Shown piece after piece: positions 36,266 to 45,957 of a stretch of 64,000 nt of DNA. The translations under genes were made by a program, and so were the position numbers. The DNA comes from an uncultured Planctomycetales bacterium (GTDB lineage Bacteria > Planctomycetota > Phycisphaerae > UBA1845 > JAFGLZ01). The stretch spans positions 92,054 through 156,053 of the forward strand of contig CAZUQM010000012.1 in NCBI GenBank assembly GCA_964622545.1. The letters are read 5' to 3'. The notes below the pieces were generated by a model. It was given only the letters and a program-made list of their open reading frames with translations, was not told the DNA's origin and made no database searches. Position 1 is the first letter of the stretch, and each line of letters opens with the position of its first letter.

Positions 36266-39200
36266 ATGTCGGACCACCTGAGCGACAAAGAGATTCGGTC
36301 GGACTACCTCGCGCGGCTGCGTGGGCCCAGGTGCTCGCGCTTGTGCGTGCCGGGCGCGGTCTACCGGTGTGATTGGGACGCCCACCTGACGATGCGGTTC
36401 GTCACGGATGCGATCGAGGACATCACCGGCTACCCGGCCGGCGAGCTGATCAACAACAAGGTCAGGAGCTTTGCGAGCCTCGTCCATCCGGGCGATGCGA
36501 TGGCCCTCGAGGAGAACCTTGCTGCTGCGATAGAGGCCGACGAGCCCTTCCGTGTGGAGTTCCGCATCCTCGATCCGGAAGGTCAAGAGCGCTGGGTCTG
36601 CAACCGTGGGCAGGCGATTCGCGACCGAAGCGGGGCGCTGCTCTACCTCGACGGCATCATCCTCGATCTCACGGACTCGAAGCAGCACGAGCATGAGATC
36701 CTGCGTGCCCAATACGCGGTTGACGATGCGATCGACGCGGTGCTGGTGGTCGAGCGGGACGGCGGCATCAGCTACGTCAACATGGCCTTCGGTGACCTGT
36801 TTCGATGCACGAGGGACGCCGTGGGCGAGGTGAGGTTTGGCTCGCTGTTCGCCAATCCAGACGCGGCCGTCGAGGACCTCGCGTGCGTGTTCGACGGTGA
36901 GGTCTGGATCGGCGAGATGGAGATGGTCACGCGGGAGGGACGACGGTTCCCCGCTGAGGTCCGGGCCACGCCGGTCAGGGACAGCGGCGACTCGTGTACC
37001 GGCATGCTGCTGATGATCCAGGACATCAGCGGCCGTAAGGAGGCCGAGGAAGAGGCCCGTCGGATGAATCACATCCTCGAGCATCGCGTGGCCGAACGGA
37101 CTGCGGAGCTGGATCGCGCCAACCGTGAGCTCCAGCGCGAGATCATCAAGCACATGTACACGGAGGAGGCTTTGGAGCGAACCACCGGGATGCTCAACAG
37201 CATCCTGACGTCGTCCACCGAGTTCGCCATCATGGCCACGGACCTCCAGTTCCGCATCCTACACTTCAATCCCGCGGCCGAGCGCGTCTTCGGTTTCGAG
37301 GCCCAGGAGGTCATCGGGCGGACGGTTCACGAGATGCACACCAGGGCCGGCGTGGGGCTGGATAGGTTCCGCGAGGCTGTGGCCGCCGTGAACGAGGAAG
37401 GCAAGTACGAGTTCGAGTATGACGTGGATGCCGCGCCTGGGAACCGACGCTGCATCCATGTTGTCCTCATGGCGATGCGCGACGAGCGAGGTACGTGCAA
37501 AGGCTACATCCTGTTCGCAACCGACGTCACGGAGCGCCGGCACTCGGAGGCCGAGTTGGCCGGCTACCGTGATCGACTCGAAGACCTGGTGCGCGGGCGG
37601 ACGATCGAACTGGCCAAGGCCAACGAGGAGCTCCAAAACGAAATCGCCGAGCGGCGGCAGGCCGAAGAGGCCACGCGAGAGAGCAAGCGGCTGCTCCAGC
37701 ACGTCTTCGATGCCATCAACGACGGGATCTGCGTGTTGGATCGGGACATGAGGATCGTCCGGATCAACTCGTGGATGCGGTCGCGCTGGGCCGATCGCGA
37801 GTACGGCTCCGGCGACATCTGTCATGAGGTCTACTGGGATCGCGACACGCCCTGCGACGAGTGCGTCTGCGTCAAAGCGATGGAGACAGGCGCGTCCAAG
37901 CGAAGCGTGCGGCGCGTGGTATACCCCAGCGGCCAGGCGGCCTGGATCGACGTGTCGGCCTTCCCGCTGCGGGACGGCGACGGCCGGATCATGGGCGTCA
38001 TCCAGCACGTCAAGGACATCACCGAAAGTCGTCAGGCGCAGGATGAGCTGAACGAGCAGACCGAGCTGCTCAGCAACGTCCTGTCGAACATCCCGCATCT
38101 GGTCTTCTGGAAGGACCAGGATCTGCGCTATCTGGGCTGCAACCATGCGCTGGCTCGGGTGGCGGGGCTGAGCTCCCCTGAGGAGATCGTGGGCAAGAGC
38201 GATGCGGACCTGCCGTGGGGGCCCACCGAGGGCGAGGCGTACCGCGACGTGGACAAGATGGTCCTGCGTTCGGGCGAGGCCATCCTCGACTTGGAGGAGA
38301 GCCAGCATCAGGTCGACGGCCGGGAGGCGATCCTGCTGACCAGCCGCGTGCCCCTGCGCGACAGCAGCGGTCAATTGACCGGCATCCTCGGCATGAGCAC
38401 GGACGTCACCGAGCGCAAGCACATCGAGCAGGAGCTGCTGCGGACCCAGACGGCGTTGGATGACGCCGGCGACGCGATCCTGGTGATGCGGCCGGATCGG
38501 ACGATCACCTACATCAACATGTCGTTCACGGACCTGTTTCGATGCACGCTGGAGATGATCAATGAGAACGGGTTCGGGTCGATCTGGGTCGACACGTCGG
38601 TCGGTGAGGAGATCCTCGCGGCGATCGAGGCCGGCGATAGCTGGAGCGGGGAGGCGGAGATGGTCTCCCGCGAGGGGCACCGGTTCCCCGCGGATGTGCG
38701 GGCCACGCCGATCATCGACGAGCGGGTCCTGATCGCCGGCATGCTGCTGATGGTCAACGACATCACCGAGCGCAAGCTGCTCGAGAGCCGTGTATTGCAG
38801 ACGAGGAAGCTCGAGTCGATCGGGCAGCTCGCCGCGGGCATCGCCCACGAGATCAACACGCCGACGCAGTACATCGGCGACAACACGCATTTCCTCAAGG
38901 ACGGCTTCACGGACCTGGCCGAGCTGCTCGGCAAGTACAACGAGCTGGTCGAGACGGTCAAGAGCGGGGCGGACGGGGCCGCCAAGGTGGCCGAGATCGA
39001 GCGTGCGATCCAGGAGATCGAGCTGGACTACCTCCGCGAGGAGATCCCCTCGGCCATCTCGCAGGCGATCGACGGGATCGAGCGGGTGTCGGAGATCGTT
39101 CGGGCGATGAAGGAGTTCTCCCACCCCGGCGTGGAGGGCATGACGAACGTCGACATCAACAACGCGATCCAGAGCACCATCACGGTCGCCCGGAACGAAT

Positions 39201-39646
39201 GGAAATACGTGGCCGACATGGTGACCGAGTACGACGGGTCGCTACCGTCGGTTCCGTGCCTGGCCGGTGAGTTCAACCAGGTGATCTTGAACCTGATCGT
39301 GAACGCGGCGCACGCGATCGAGGACGTCGTCGGGGACGGCGTCGAGGGCAAGGGCACCATCACAGTGAGGACGAAGCGTGTCGACGAGTGGGCCGAGGTG
39401 CAGGTCCAGGACACCGGGGCGGGCATCCCGGCGCCTATCCGTCAGAGGATCTTCGATCCGTTCTTCACGACGAAGGAGGTGGGCAGGGGGACGGGGCAGG
39501 GGTTGTCCATGGCACACGACGTGGTCGTCGGCAAGCACGGCGGGACGATCGACGTCGAGACCGAGATCGGGCAGGGCACGACCTTCACGCTGCGGCTTCC
39601 CTTGAAGGGGAAGCTCACCGAGGGCGTGGAGGCCAACGAGGTCTGA
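36266..39646 (+). CDS. multi-PAS sensor histidine kinase
   Basis: ORF 36200..39646 with likely start ATG 36266. Several PAS/PAC repeats each end in a DITERK/DVTERK-like motif. H box GIAHEINTPTQYI, N box LIVNAAHAIED, G1 VQDTGAGIP, G2 GTGQGLSMAH. Confidence 0.85.
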   Translation: MSDHLSDKEIRSDYLARLRGPRCSRLCVPGAVYRCDWDAHLTMRFVTDAIEDITGYPAGELINNKVRSFASLVHPGDAMALEENLAAAIEADEPFRVEFRILDPEGQERWVCNRGQAIRDRSGALLYLDGIILDLTDSKQHEHEILRAQYAVDDAIDAVLVVERDGGISYVNMAFGDLFRCTRDAVGEVRFGSLFANPDAAVEDLACVFDGEVWIGEMEMVTREGRRFPAEVRATPVRDSGDSCTGMLLMIQDISGRKEAEEEARRMNHILEHRVAERTAELDRANRELQREIIKHMYTEEALERTTGMLNSILTSSTEFAIMATDLQFRILHFNPAAERVFGFEAQEVIGRTVHEMHTRAGVGLDRFREAVAAVNEEGKYEFEYDVDAAPGNRRCIHVVLMAMRDERGTCKGYILFATDVTERRHSEAELAGYRDRLEDLVRGRTIELAKANEELQNEIAERRQAEEATRESKRLLQHVFDAINDGICVLDRDMRIVRINSWMRSRWADREYGSGDICHEVYWDRDTPCDECVCVKAMETGASKRSVRRVVYPSGQAAWIDVSAFPLRDGDGRIMGVIQHVKDITESRQAQDELNEQTELLSNVLSNIPHLVFWKDQDLRYLGCNHALARVAGLSSPEEIVGKSDADLPWGPTEGEAYRDVDKMVLRSGEAILDLEESQHQVDGREAILLTSRVPLRDSSGQLTGILGMSTDVTERKHIEQELLRTQTALDDAGDAILVMRPDRTITYINMSFTDLFRCTLEMINENGFGSIWVDTSVGEEILAAIEAGDSWSGEAEMVSREGHRFPADVRATPIIDERVLIAGMLLMVNDITERKLLESRVLQTRKLESIGQLAAGIAHEINTPTQYIGDNTHFLKDGFTDLAELLGKYNELVETVKSGADGAAKVAEIERAIQEIELDYLREEIPSAISQAIDGIERVSEIVRAMKEFSHPGVEGMTNVDINNAIQSTITVARNEWKYVADMVTEYDGSLPSVPCLAGEFNQVILNLIVNAAHAIEDVVGDGVEGKGTITVRTKRVDEWAEVQVQDTGAGIPAPIRQRIFDPFFTTKEVGRGTGQGLSMAHDVVVGKHGGTIDVETEIGQGTTFTLRLPLKGKLTEGVEANEV

Positions 39647-39647
39647 G

Positions 39648-40868
39648 ATGGCAGACAAGAAACGGATTTTGTTCGTCGACGACGAGCCGAACATCCTGGC
39701 GGGGCTGCGACGCATCATGCGCCCCCTGCGCAAGGAATGGGAGATGGCCTTCGCCAACAACGGGCACGAGGCCCTGGCGATCCTCTCGGTGCGTCCCTTC
39801 GACGTGGTTGTGTCCGACATGCGGATGCCGGGCATGAACGGTGTGGAGCTGTTGAAGGAGGTCCGCAAGCACCATCCCGAAACGGTATGCATCGCCCTGT
39901 CGGGTGAGAGCGCAAAGGAAAGCGTCCTGAACTACGTCGGACCGATCCATCAGTATCTGCCCAAGCCTTGCGATCCGGAACTGCTGCGCTTCAGCCTCTC
40001 CAGAATCGCTGCGCTGCGAAACATCTTGTCGGTCGATAAGCTGCGAGCGGTCCTGGCGCTGCTGGAAGGCCTGCCCAGCCTGCCGTCGCTCTATCGCGAT
40101 CTGATGCGGCAGTTCGAGTCGCCGGACGGGTCGTTGCGGGAAGTGGGTCAGATCGTCTCGCGGGACATGGCCATGAGCGCCAAGGTCCTTCAGCTCGCCA
40201 ACTCCGCGTTCTTCGGAGCCAGGAACCACATCCCCAATCCCCATGCCGCGGTGGCCGCGCTCGGCATGGACACGGTCAAGGCCCTGGCCCTGAGCGTCTG
40301 CGTCTTCTCGGTGTTCGAGGACCGGGCGCTGAAGGAATTCAAGCTCCATCCCCTGTGGGAGCACAGCACCGCCGCGGCGGTGCTGGCCAAGCGGATCACC
40401 CTGGCCGAACAGAGCCCGCGTGAGGTGGTGGGTCGGGCGTTCACGGCCGGTCTCCTTCACGACGTGGGCAAGCTGGTGTTTGCCGCGATGCTGCCGATGG
40501 ATCTCCGCAAGGTCCTCACAGCAGTGCGCAGCGAAGGCAGGCCGATGCACGAGGTCGAGCGCGACATCGTGGGCGCCAGTCACAGCGAGGTCGGGGCGTA
40601 TCTGCTGGGGCTGTGGGGGTTCTCCGAGGAGATCATCGAGGCACTGGCCTACCATCATCGCCCGCGCGAGGCGGGCCGCACGGAGTTCGGTGTGCTGACG
40701 GCGGTCCACGTGGCCAACGTCCTGGCTCACCAACTCCATCCGTCGGACCTGCCCCTGGGGCAGATGCAGGTCGACCCGGTGTACCTGTCGGAAGTACGGA
40801 AGGCGTCACGACTCTCGGAGTGGCGGGATATCTGCTTGGCGGTAGCGCCCGAGGAAGTAGCCCTATGA
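39648..40868 (+). CDS. response regulator, receiver plus HDOD domain
   Basis: The REC domain shows ILFVDDEPNIL...DVVVSDMRMPGMNG. The C-terminal part is HDOD-like (GLLHDVGKLVF, HSEVGAYLLGLWGF). It starts 1 nt after the kinase stop. Confidence 0.9.
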   Translation: MADKKRILFVDDEPNILAGLRRIMRPLRKEWEMAFANNGHEALAILSVRPFDVVVSDMRMPGMNGVELLKEVRKHHPETVCIALSGESAKESVLNYVGPIHQYLPKPCDPELLRFSLSRIAALRNILSVDKLRAVLALLEGLPSLPSLYRDLMRQFESPDGSLREVGQIVSRDMAMSAKVLQLANSAFFGARNHIPNPHAAVAALGMDTVKALALSVCVFSVFEDRALKEFKLHPLWEHSTAAAVLAKRITLAEQSPREVVGRAFTAGLLHDVGKLVFAAMLPMDLRKVLTAVRSEGRPMHEVERDIVGASHSEVGAYLLGLWGFSEEIIEALAYHHRPREAGRTEFGVLTAVHVANVLAHQLHPSDLPLGQMQVDPVYLSEVRKASRLSEWRDICLAVAPEEVAL

Positions 40869-42088
40869 GAGAGAAGATCCTCTGCGTCGATGACGACGCG
40901 AACATCCTGGCCGGCTACAAGCGTCAGTTGCGTAAACGGTTCCATCTTGAAACGGCCGGCGGGGGTGAGGAGGCCCTGGAGGTGATGGCCAAGGAAGGCC
41001 CCTTCGCGGTCGTCGTCTCGGATATGCGGATGCCGGGTATGGACGGCATTCAGTTCCTCACCGAGACCCGCGAGCGAAGCCCTGACACGGTCCGGCTGAT
41101 GCTGACCGGCAACGCCGACCTGCAGACCGCCATCGACGCCGTCAACGAGGGCAGCATCTTCCGCTTCCTCACCAAGCCGTGCTCCTCGGAAACGCTGGCC
41201 GCCGCCCTGAACGCCGGGCTCGAGCAGTATCGCCTGGTCATGGCCGAGAAGGTCCTCCTGCGGGATACGTTGACCGGTAGCGTCAAGGTGCTGATGGACA
41301 TCGTGGCCCTGGTGAACCCGGCCGCATTCGGTCGCGCGTCGCGGATCCGCCGCACGGTCAAGCACATCGCCCAGCAGCTCGGACTGGACAACCTCTGGGA
41401 GTTCGAGTTGGCCGGGATGCTCTCGCAGATCGGGTGCGTCGCGCTGCCGCCGAGCGTGCTCCAAAAGCTGTGCGACTTCGGCGTGCTGGCGCCCGAGGAG
41501 CAGGAGCTGTTCGGCACGCATCCCCAGGTCGGTCAGAAGCTCCTCGAGAACATTCCGAGACTCAAGGGCATCTCGGAGATGATCGGCCGGCAGAGGGAGC
41601 CGTACTCGCTGGCGGCCAACGAGGAGCGGGAATCGACCGACGCTCCAGGCTCGGTCGATCTCGGCGCGCAGATCCTCAAGGTGGCCGTGGACCTCGATGA
41701 GCAGATGGCCTCCGGGATGTCGTTCCAGAAGGCCTGGCGGAAAATGATGACTCGCTCGGGGATGTACAACCCAGATGTGCTGGATGCCCTGATGACGCTC
41801 CAGACCGACAAGTCGGAGGAGGAGCGTGTCATGAGCACGACGGTCGAGGCCCTCGGAGCGGGTATGGTGGCCGCTCAGGACATCTGCAGTCACGACGGGC
41901 TCGTCCTCGTACCGAAGGGACAGGAGATCACCTACCCCGTGCTCGCACTCCTCCGGAATGCGGGCGCGCGAAAGGGCGTGGTGGAGCCGTTCATGGTGCA
42001 GGTCGGCGGCTGGATCGCCGGTCAGGTCACCGAGGACGCAGGGGAGGAATCCAGCGACGAACCCGTCACGGCGACGACGGAGGGTTAG
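40865..42088 (+). CDS. response regulator, receiver plus degenerate HD-related output domain
   Basis: ATG 40865 overlaps the previous stop (ATGA). The REC domain shows ILCVDDDANIL...AVVVSDMRMPGMDG. The output domain is HD-GYP/HDOD-like, but the position of the HD dyad reads LSQIG. Confidence 0.8.
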   Translation: MREKILCVDDDANILAGYKRQLRKRFHLETAGGGEEALEVMAKEGPFAVVVSDMRMPGMDGIQFLTETRERSPDTVRLMLTGNADLQTAIDAVNEGSIFRFLTKPCSSETLAAALNAGLEQYRLVMAEKVLLRDTLTGSVKVLMDIVALVNPAAFGRASRIRRTVKHIAQQLGLDNLWEFELAGMLSQIGCVALPPSVLQKLCDFGVLAPEEQELFGTHPQVGQKLLENIPRLKGISEMIGRQREPYSLAANEERESTDAPGSVDLGAQILKVAVDLDEQMASGMSFQKAWRKMMTRSGMYNPDVLDALMTLQTDKSEEERVMSTTVEALGAGMVAAQDICSHDGLVLVPKGQEITYPVLALLRNAGARKGVVEPFMVQVGGWIAGQVTEDAGEESSDEPVTATTEG

Positions 42089-43895
42089 CCTCGGACGGGA
42101 AGCCCTCCGGGGCGGGCAGCGCACGGTACCAGGTCGCATAGAGCACACCGGCGGCGACGATCGCGACGACTCCGCTGATCAGCGCCGCATTCCACGAGCG
42201 CAGCAGGACGTACACCGGCATCAGATAGAGCGCCACAAACCCGACGGTGGCGACGGCCGTGTTGACCAGTTCCCGTGCGAAGGGCTCGACCTGGAAGTCC
42301 GGGTGGGCGTGCCTGACGTGATCGGCCACGGGCCTCCACCATCCGCCGGGATGGACAGACATGTAGAACCGCACGAGAGTGTCGCGATCCGTGGGCGGCG
42401 TCAGGAGCGTGGCGACCACCGAGCCCACGACGCCAACGGTTGTCAGGGCGGGAAAGACAACCCACAAGGGCGCGTCGGGAAAGGCGGCTCCTTGTAGCAG
42501 CGCGCCCAGGGTCCCGGCGACGAGACCCGCCGTGAAGCCCCAGCCGTTGAACCGCCACCAATACCACCGCAGCACGCAGGGCACCATCACCCCGGCCCCA
42601 AGAGCGAGCATGATCCACTGAAAGACCGCCGCGATCGAGCGGGCCCGGAAGCCGATCACGATGCCCACGCCGACGAGCAGGGCCGAGGCGGCATAGCCGG
42701 CCCACACGAGCTCTCGGCTCCGGGCCGACGGCCTCAGATAACGCTGGTAGACGTCGCGCACGACGTAGGCCGCCCCGGCATTGACCGTCGAGTCGAACGT
42801 GGACATGAACGCCGCCAGCAGGGCCGCCAACAGGAAGCCCCGAAGGCCGATCGGCACCATGTCGCGCAAGACCGTCGGCAGGACCTTCTCGTGGTCGTCG
42901 GTCCCGGCCACTCCGGCCAGGGCGAGCAGGACGATGGACATGACCATCGGCCAGCGAAGGGTGTGGATGACGCCCCACAGGGCGCCCACCTTGCACGCGT
43001 CACGGCTGTCGCGGGCCGCCAGAAAGCGCTGAAAGTCGTACATCTGGGGCGGCCCGCCGAACTCCTGGATGAGCCCTTTGACCACCCACATGCACAGCAG
43101 CAACCCGAAGAGCTCATAGCCCTGCACGTCGGGCATCGACCAGACGGGCGTGATGTCGCCCCACGGCCCGTCGGCCAGCCGCTGGACCTCGGGCAAAGCG
43201 CTGGCTTTGACGAACGCGAAGAGGCTGAGGGCGATCACGCCGGTGCCGAGCACGATCGTCTGGATGAAATCGGTCAGCACGACACTGACGAACCCGCCGA
43301 GGATCACGTAGACGGCGGTCACACCGAGGATCAGGAGCGCACAGAGGTTGCGGGAGGACGGGATAGAGGCCGCCAGGTCGGCGCCGATTATCGGCTGGAG
43401 CGTCGCCACAGCCGCATCGCGCAGGCCGGGCAGGTACGTCTCGCCGAACTTGCCGATGCCCACGCAACCGTAGGCAAGAAAGGCGATGACGGTCACGACC
43501 GCCAATGCGGCGTACGAGAGCCTGGCGATCTCGGCGGCCGCACCGTTGCCGAAGCGGGTCTGCATCCACTCGGCCCCGGTCAGCACGTTCGAGCGGCGGA
43601 TCCACTTGCCCATGAACGTCATGAAGAACGCCGCGTACGTGAAGCCCCAGATCCACTGCTCCCACATGCCCTTGAGGCCGTAGGCCATGAACAGCGAGAC
43701 GATCCACATCGTGCCGGTGATGTCGAAGTAGCTGGAGCTCCCGGACGCCCCGAGCACCCACCAGGGCGTGCGGCGATCGCCGAGGAAGTAGGCATCGAGG
43801 TTCTTGCCGGCCGCCTTACGGACCAGGAAACCCAGCGCGATGACACCGAGCAGATAGCCAACGATGATGACTTGGTCTACGATCGGCAGCTTCAC
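42066..43895 (-). CDS. sodium:solute symporter family transporter
   Basis: ORF 42066..44291. The likely start is GTG 43895, preceded by AAGGAG 7 nt upstream. VKLPIVDQVIIVGYLLGVIALGF...AYFLGDRRTPWWVLGASGSSSYFDITGTMW and 12 or more TM segments fit the SSS family. Confidence 0.85.
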   Translation of the reverse strand: MKLPIVDQVIIVGYLLGVIALGFLVRKAAGKNLDAYFLGDRRTPWWVLGASGSSSYFDITGTMWIVSLFMAYGLKGMWEQWIWGFTYAAFFMTFMGKWIRRSNVLTGAEWMQTRFGNGAAAEIARLSYAALAVVTVIAFLAYGCVGIGKFGETYLPGLRDAAVATLQPIIGADLAASIPSSRNLCALLILGVTAVYVILGGFVSVVLTDFIQTIVLGTGVIALSLFAFVKASALPEVQRLADGPWGDITPVWSMPDVQGYELFGLLLCMWVVKGLIQEFGGPPQMYDFQRFLAARDSRDACKVGALWGVIHTLRWPMVMSIVLLALAGVAGTDDHEKVLPTVLRDMVPIGLRGFLLAALLAAFMSTFDSTVNAGAAYVVRDVYQRYLRPSARSRELVWAGYAASALLVGVGIVIGFRARSIAAVFQWIMLALGAGVMVPCVLRWYWWRFNGWGFTAGLVAGTLGALLQGAAFPDAPLWVVFPALTTVGVVGSVVATLLTPPTDRDTLVRFYMSVHPGGWWRPVADHVRHAHPDFQVEPFARELVNTAVATVGFVALYLMPVYVLLRSWNAALISGVVAIVAAGVLYATWYRALPAPEGFPSEANPPSSP

Positions 43896-44038
43896 GGGGC
43901 GGCTCCTTGGGTCGAGGCAGCAAGGTAGGTCCAGCAGGGGATGATGTAAAGCCGGCGAGCCCCGATAGCATGTGATCGGAGCCGGCCCGACCGATAACTG
44001 GCTTGGCCGAAGTGATGGCGCGCACGAACGCTCCGGTG

Positions 44039-45217
44039 CTAAAGGATGGTCCGCACAAAGGGCAGCCGCCGAAGGATCATCGAGACCAAGAACGTCAGCG
44101 GTATGCCGGCGGCAGTCACGATCAGGAACTTGACGATGGCCGGCAAGCCGATCGGACCGAGGGCGTACTGGATGGGGACGATCACTGGCACGTGAAAGAG
44201 ATAGACGGCGTACGTGCAGGCGGCCAGCTCCTTGGATAGCCAACCGGCGCGGTTGAGCCGCTTGCGGAAGAGGTACACCAGGCCGATGCACAGGCCGCTA
44301 CACAGCAGGTTCTCCCAAATCGGCCCGAGGATCGCTCCGATGCCGATGCCCCCTCCCGCGAAGGGAAAGATGCCCAGCGGGGCCGTGATGAAGCAGAACA
44401 GCGCGGCCCCGAGGCCGATGCGGAGCCAGGCGCGCCCGATGGTATCGGGCAGCCGGGTGAGCCAGTTCCGTCGATAGGCGATCACGCCGATGCAAAACCA
44501 GGTCAGGTCGCGGGGCACGTCGGCGAACATGACCTGGATGATGACCAGGAAGCCCATCCAGTAGTCGATCGGGAAGACCAGGCGAACCAGGAAGGTCGTC
44601 AGGGCGACCAAGGCCGAGACCTTCCAGATGAGTCCGTGGCTCGGGGGCGCGGCTTCCGGCTCCTGGTTCAGGATGGGGCCTTTCAGCCACCATCGCCATG
44701 CCGCGTAGACCAGAGCGGCGATCAGCAAATGCTCGACGAACCAGAGATGGCCGAATTGCAGGTCAGGCCAGCTAGGCCCGCTCCAGTCCGGCGGTTTCGG
44801 CGCCATGCCGAAGTAGACGTCCTTATAGTACCGGGCGAACGAGATCGGTCCGTACGGGCGGAAGTGGTGGTAGTACACCCAGAGCATGAACGGGATGATC
44901 CCCAAGAAGAACGCAAGCAGGGGGATACCAAGCCGCCAGGCGCGGTCCTTGACGAACCGCCACGGACCTTTGCGGTCCAGCGAGGCCGGCATGAAGTATC
45001 CCGACACCATGAAGAAGAGGCTCATGAAGAACGAGCGATTGACCACGAAGAACATCCCGAGCACGCGGGCTCGATCCTCCCGTGGCTCGGTGAAGTACCA
45101 CCACCCGCCGGGCCCGTAAGCCTGCCCGGCGTGATGGGCGATCACCAGAACACATAACAGGATGCGCAGGTTGTCGATGAAGTGGAGCCGGTCGGACTTG
45201 GGCTTCAGCAGAGCCAC
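44039..45217 (-). CDS. acyltransferase family 3 membrane protein
   Basis: ORF 44039..45325. RLHFIDNLRILLCVLVIAHHAGQAY is the acyltransferase-3 N-terminal motif, and the protein has about 10 TM segments. GTG 45217 with AAGGA upstream is preferred over ATG 45325, because the first 36 codons are Arg-rich. Confidence 0.75.
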   Translation of the reverse strand: MALLKPKSDRLHFIDNLRILLCVLVIAHHAGQAYGPGGWWYFTEPREDRARVLGMFFVVNRSFFMSLFFMVSGYFMPASLDRKGPWRFVKDRAWRLGIPLLAFFLGIIPFMLWVYYHHFRPYGPISFARYYKDVYFGMAPKPPDWSGPSWPDLQFGHLWFVEHLLIAALVYAAWRWWLKGPILNQEPEAAPPSHGLIWKVSALVALTTFLVRLVFPIDYWMGFLVIIQVMFADVPRDLTWFCIGVIAYRRNWLTRLPDTIGRAWLRIGLGAALFCFITAPLGIFPFAGGGIGIGAILGPIWENLLCSGLCIGLVYLFRKRLNRAGWLSKELAACTYAVYLFHVPVIVPIQYALGPIGLPAIVKFLIVTAAGIPLTFLVSMILRRLPFVRTIL

Positions 45218-45586
45218 CTGGTGGTCCTTCGCACGCGTGCGGTCCGACACGGTTGACGGCCTGCCTCCACGGCGACGGCAGGGCCGCTCCAGGCCGGGCG
45301 ATCGCCGAACCGAGCGGCTTATCATCCTACAAGCTGGGCTGACGACCTGCCAGCCGATGCTGTCCGATTTCCAACCGTCAACCCCTGAAGGCCGGGCACG
45401 GTAAAGGTGCTGTCGAGACCTTAGTCCGATAACAAGATGTTGACCCCGTCGAGGTTCCGTCCTACACTATGGAGTAGCCAGGGTCTATATGCCGATAGAA
45501 GGCGTCCTCGCAGCTAAGGCTGAAGGATGTGGCGTTGGCAAGCTGGGCGCTCGCGGAGCTTGAACGTTCATGGCGGCCATCTTCGC

Positions 45587-45865
45587 TTAGAGACCCACGA
45601 GAATTTTCCGGGCGGTGTGGCAACCGGTGGTGTTGAGGTCCGCTTTGTTGAAGCCATTGGCCGACATGCCGCTGGAGGCGACTTCACCGAGCCAGGAAGC
45701 CTGGTTGGGGTCGTCAATCGAGCAGAATGAAGGGCCTGTAAGTGGACTCCGCATAGGGCGCAAAGTATCATACAGAGAAGTAAAGTCACAGGCGAACTGC
45801 CATCGGTTGGGGAGCCAGTCCCAAAGCTCTTCCCGAACCCAATCTGGATTCTTCTGATGGAGCAC
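45587..45865 (-). CDS. orphan hypothetical ORF in low-GC patch (possibly a gene remnant)
   Basis: 92 aa: MLHQKNPDWVREELWDWLPNRWQFACDFTS... The composition is Trp-rich and unlike the Arg-rich artefact ORFs, but no family or translation signals were recognised. Confidence 0.2.
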   Translation of the reverse strand: MLHQKNPDWVREELWDWLPNRWQFACDFTSLYDTLRPMRSPLTGPSFCSIDDPNQASWLGEVASSGMSANGFNKADLNTTGCHTARKILVGL

Positions 45866-45957
45866 GCCTACTACTAGCTATAGGGCGAGCCACCGTTTTC
45901 TAAGGTGGCACAAGAGCAAGCATCGCATTCGTTGTCACCTGTGGGGGGAGAGAGCGT

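Noticed and set aside
35848-36372. 174-aa and 159-aa ORFs in the glpK-kinase gap
   Set aside because: Poor coding composition, no recognisable motifs or translation signals, and overlap with the kinase start region. They are treated as non-coding and flagged only as a long gap.
42066-42088. 23-bp convergent overlap between the response regulator and symporter 3-prime ends
   Set aside because: Small 3-prime overlaps of convergent genes are common in compact high-GC genomes, and nothing else distinctive is present.
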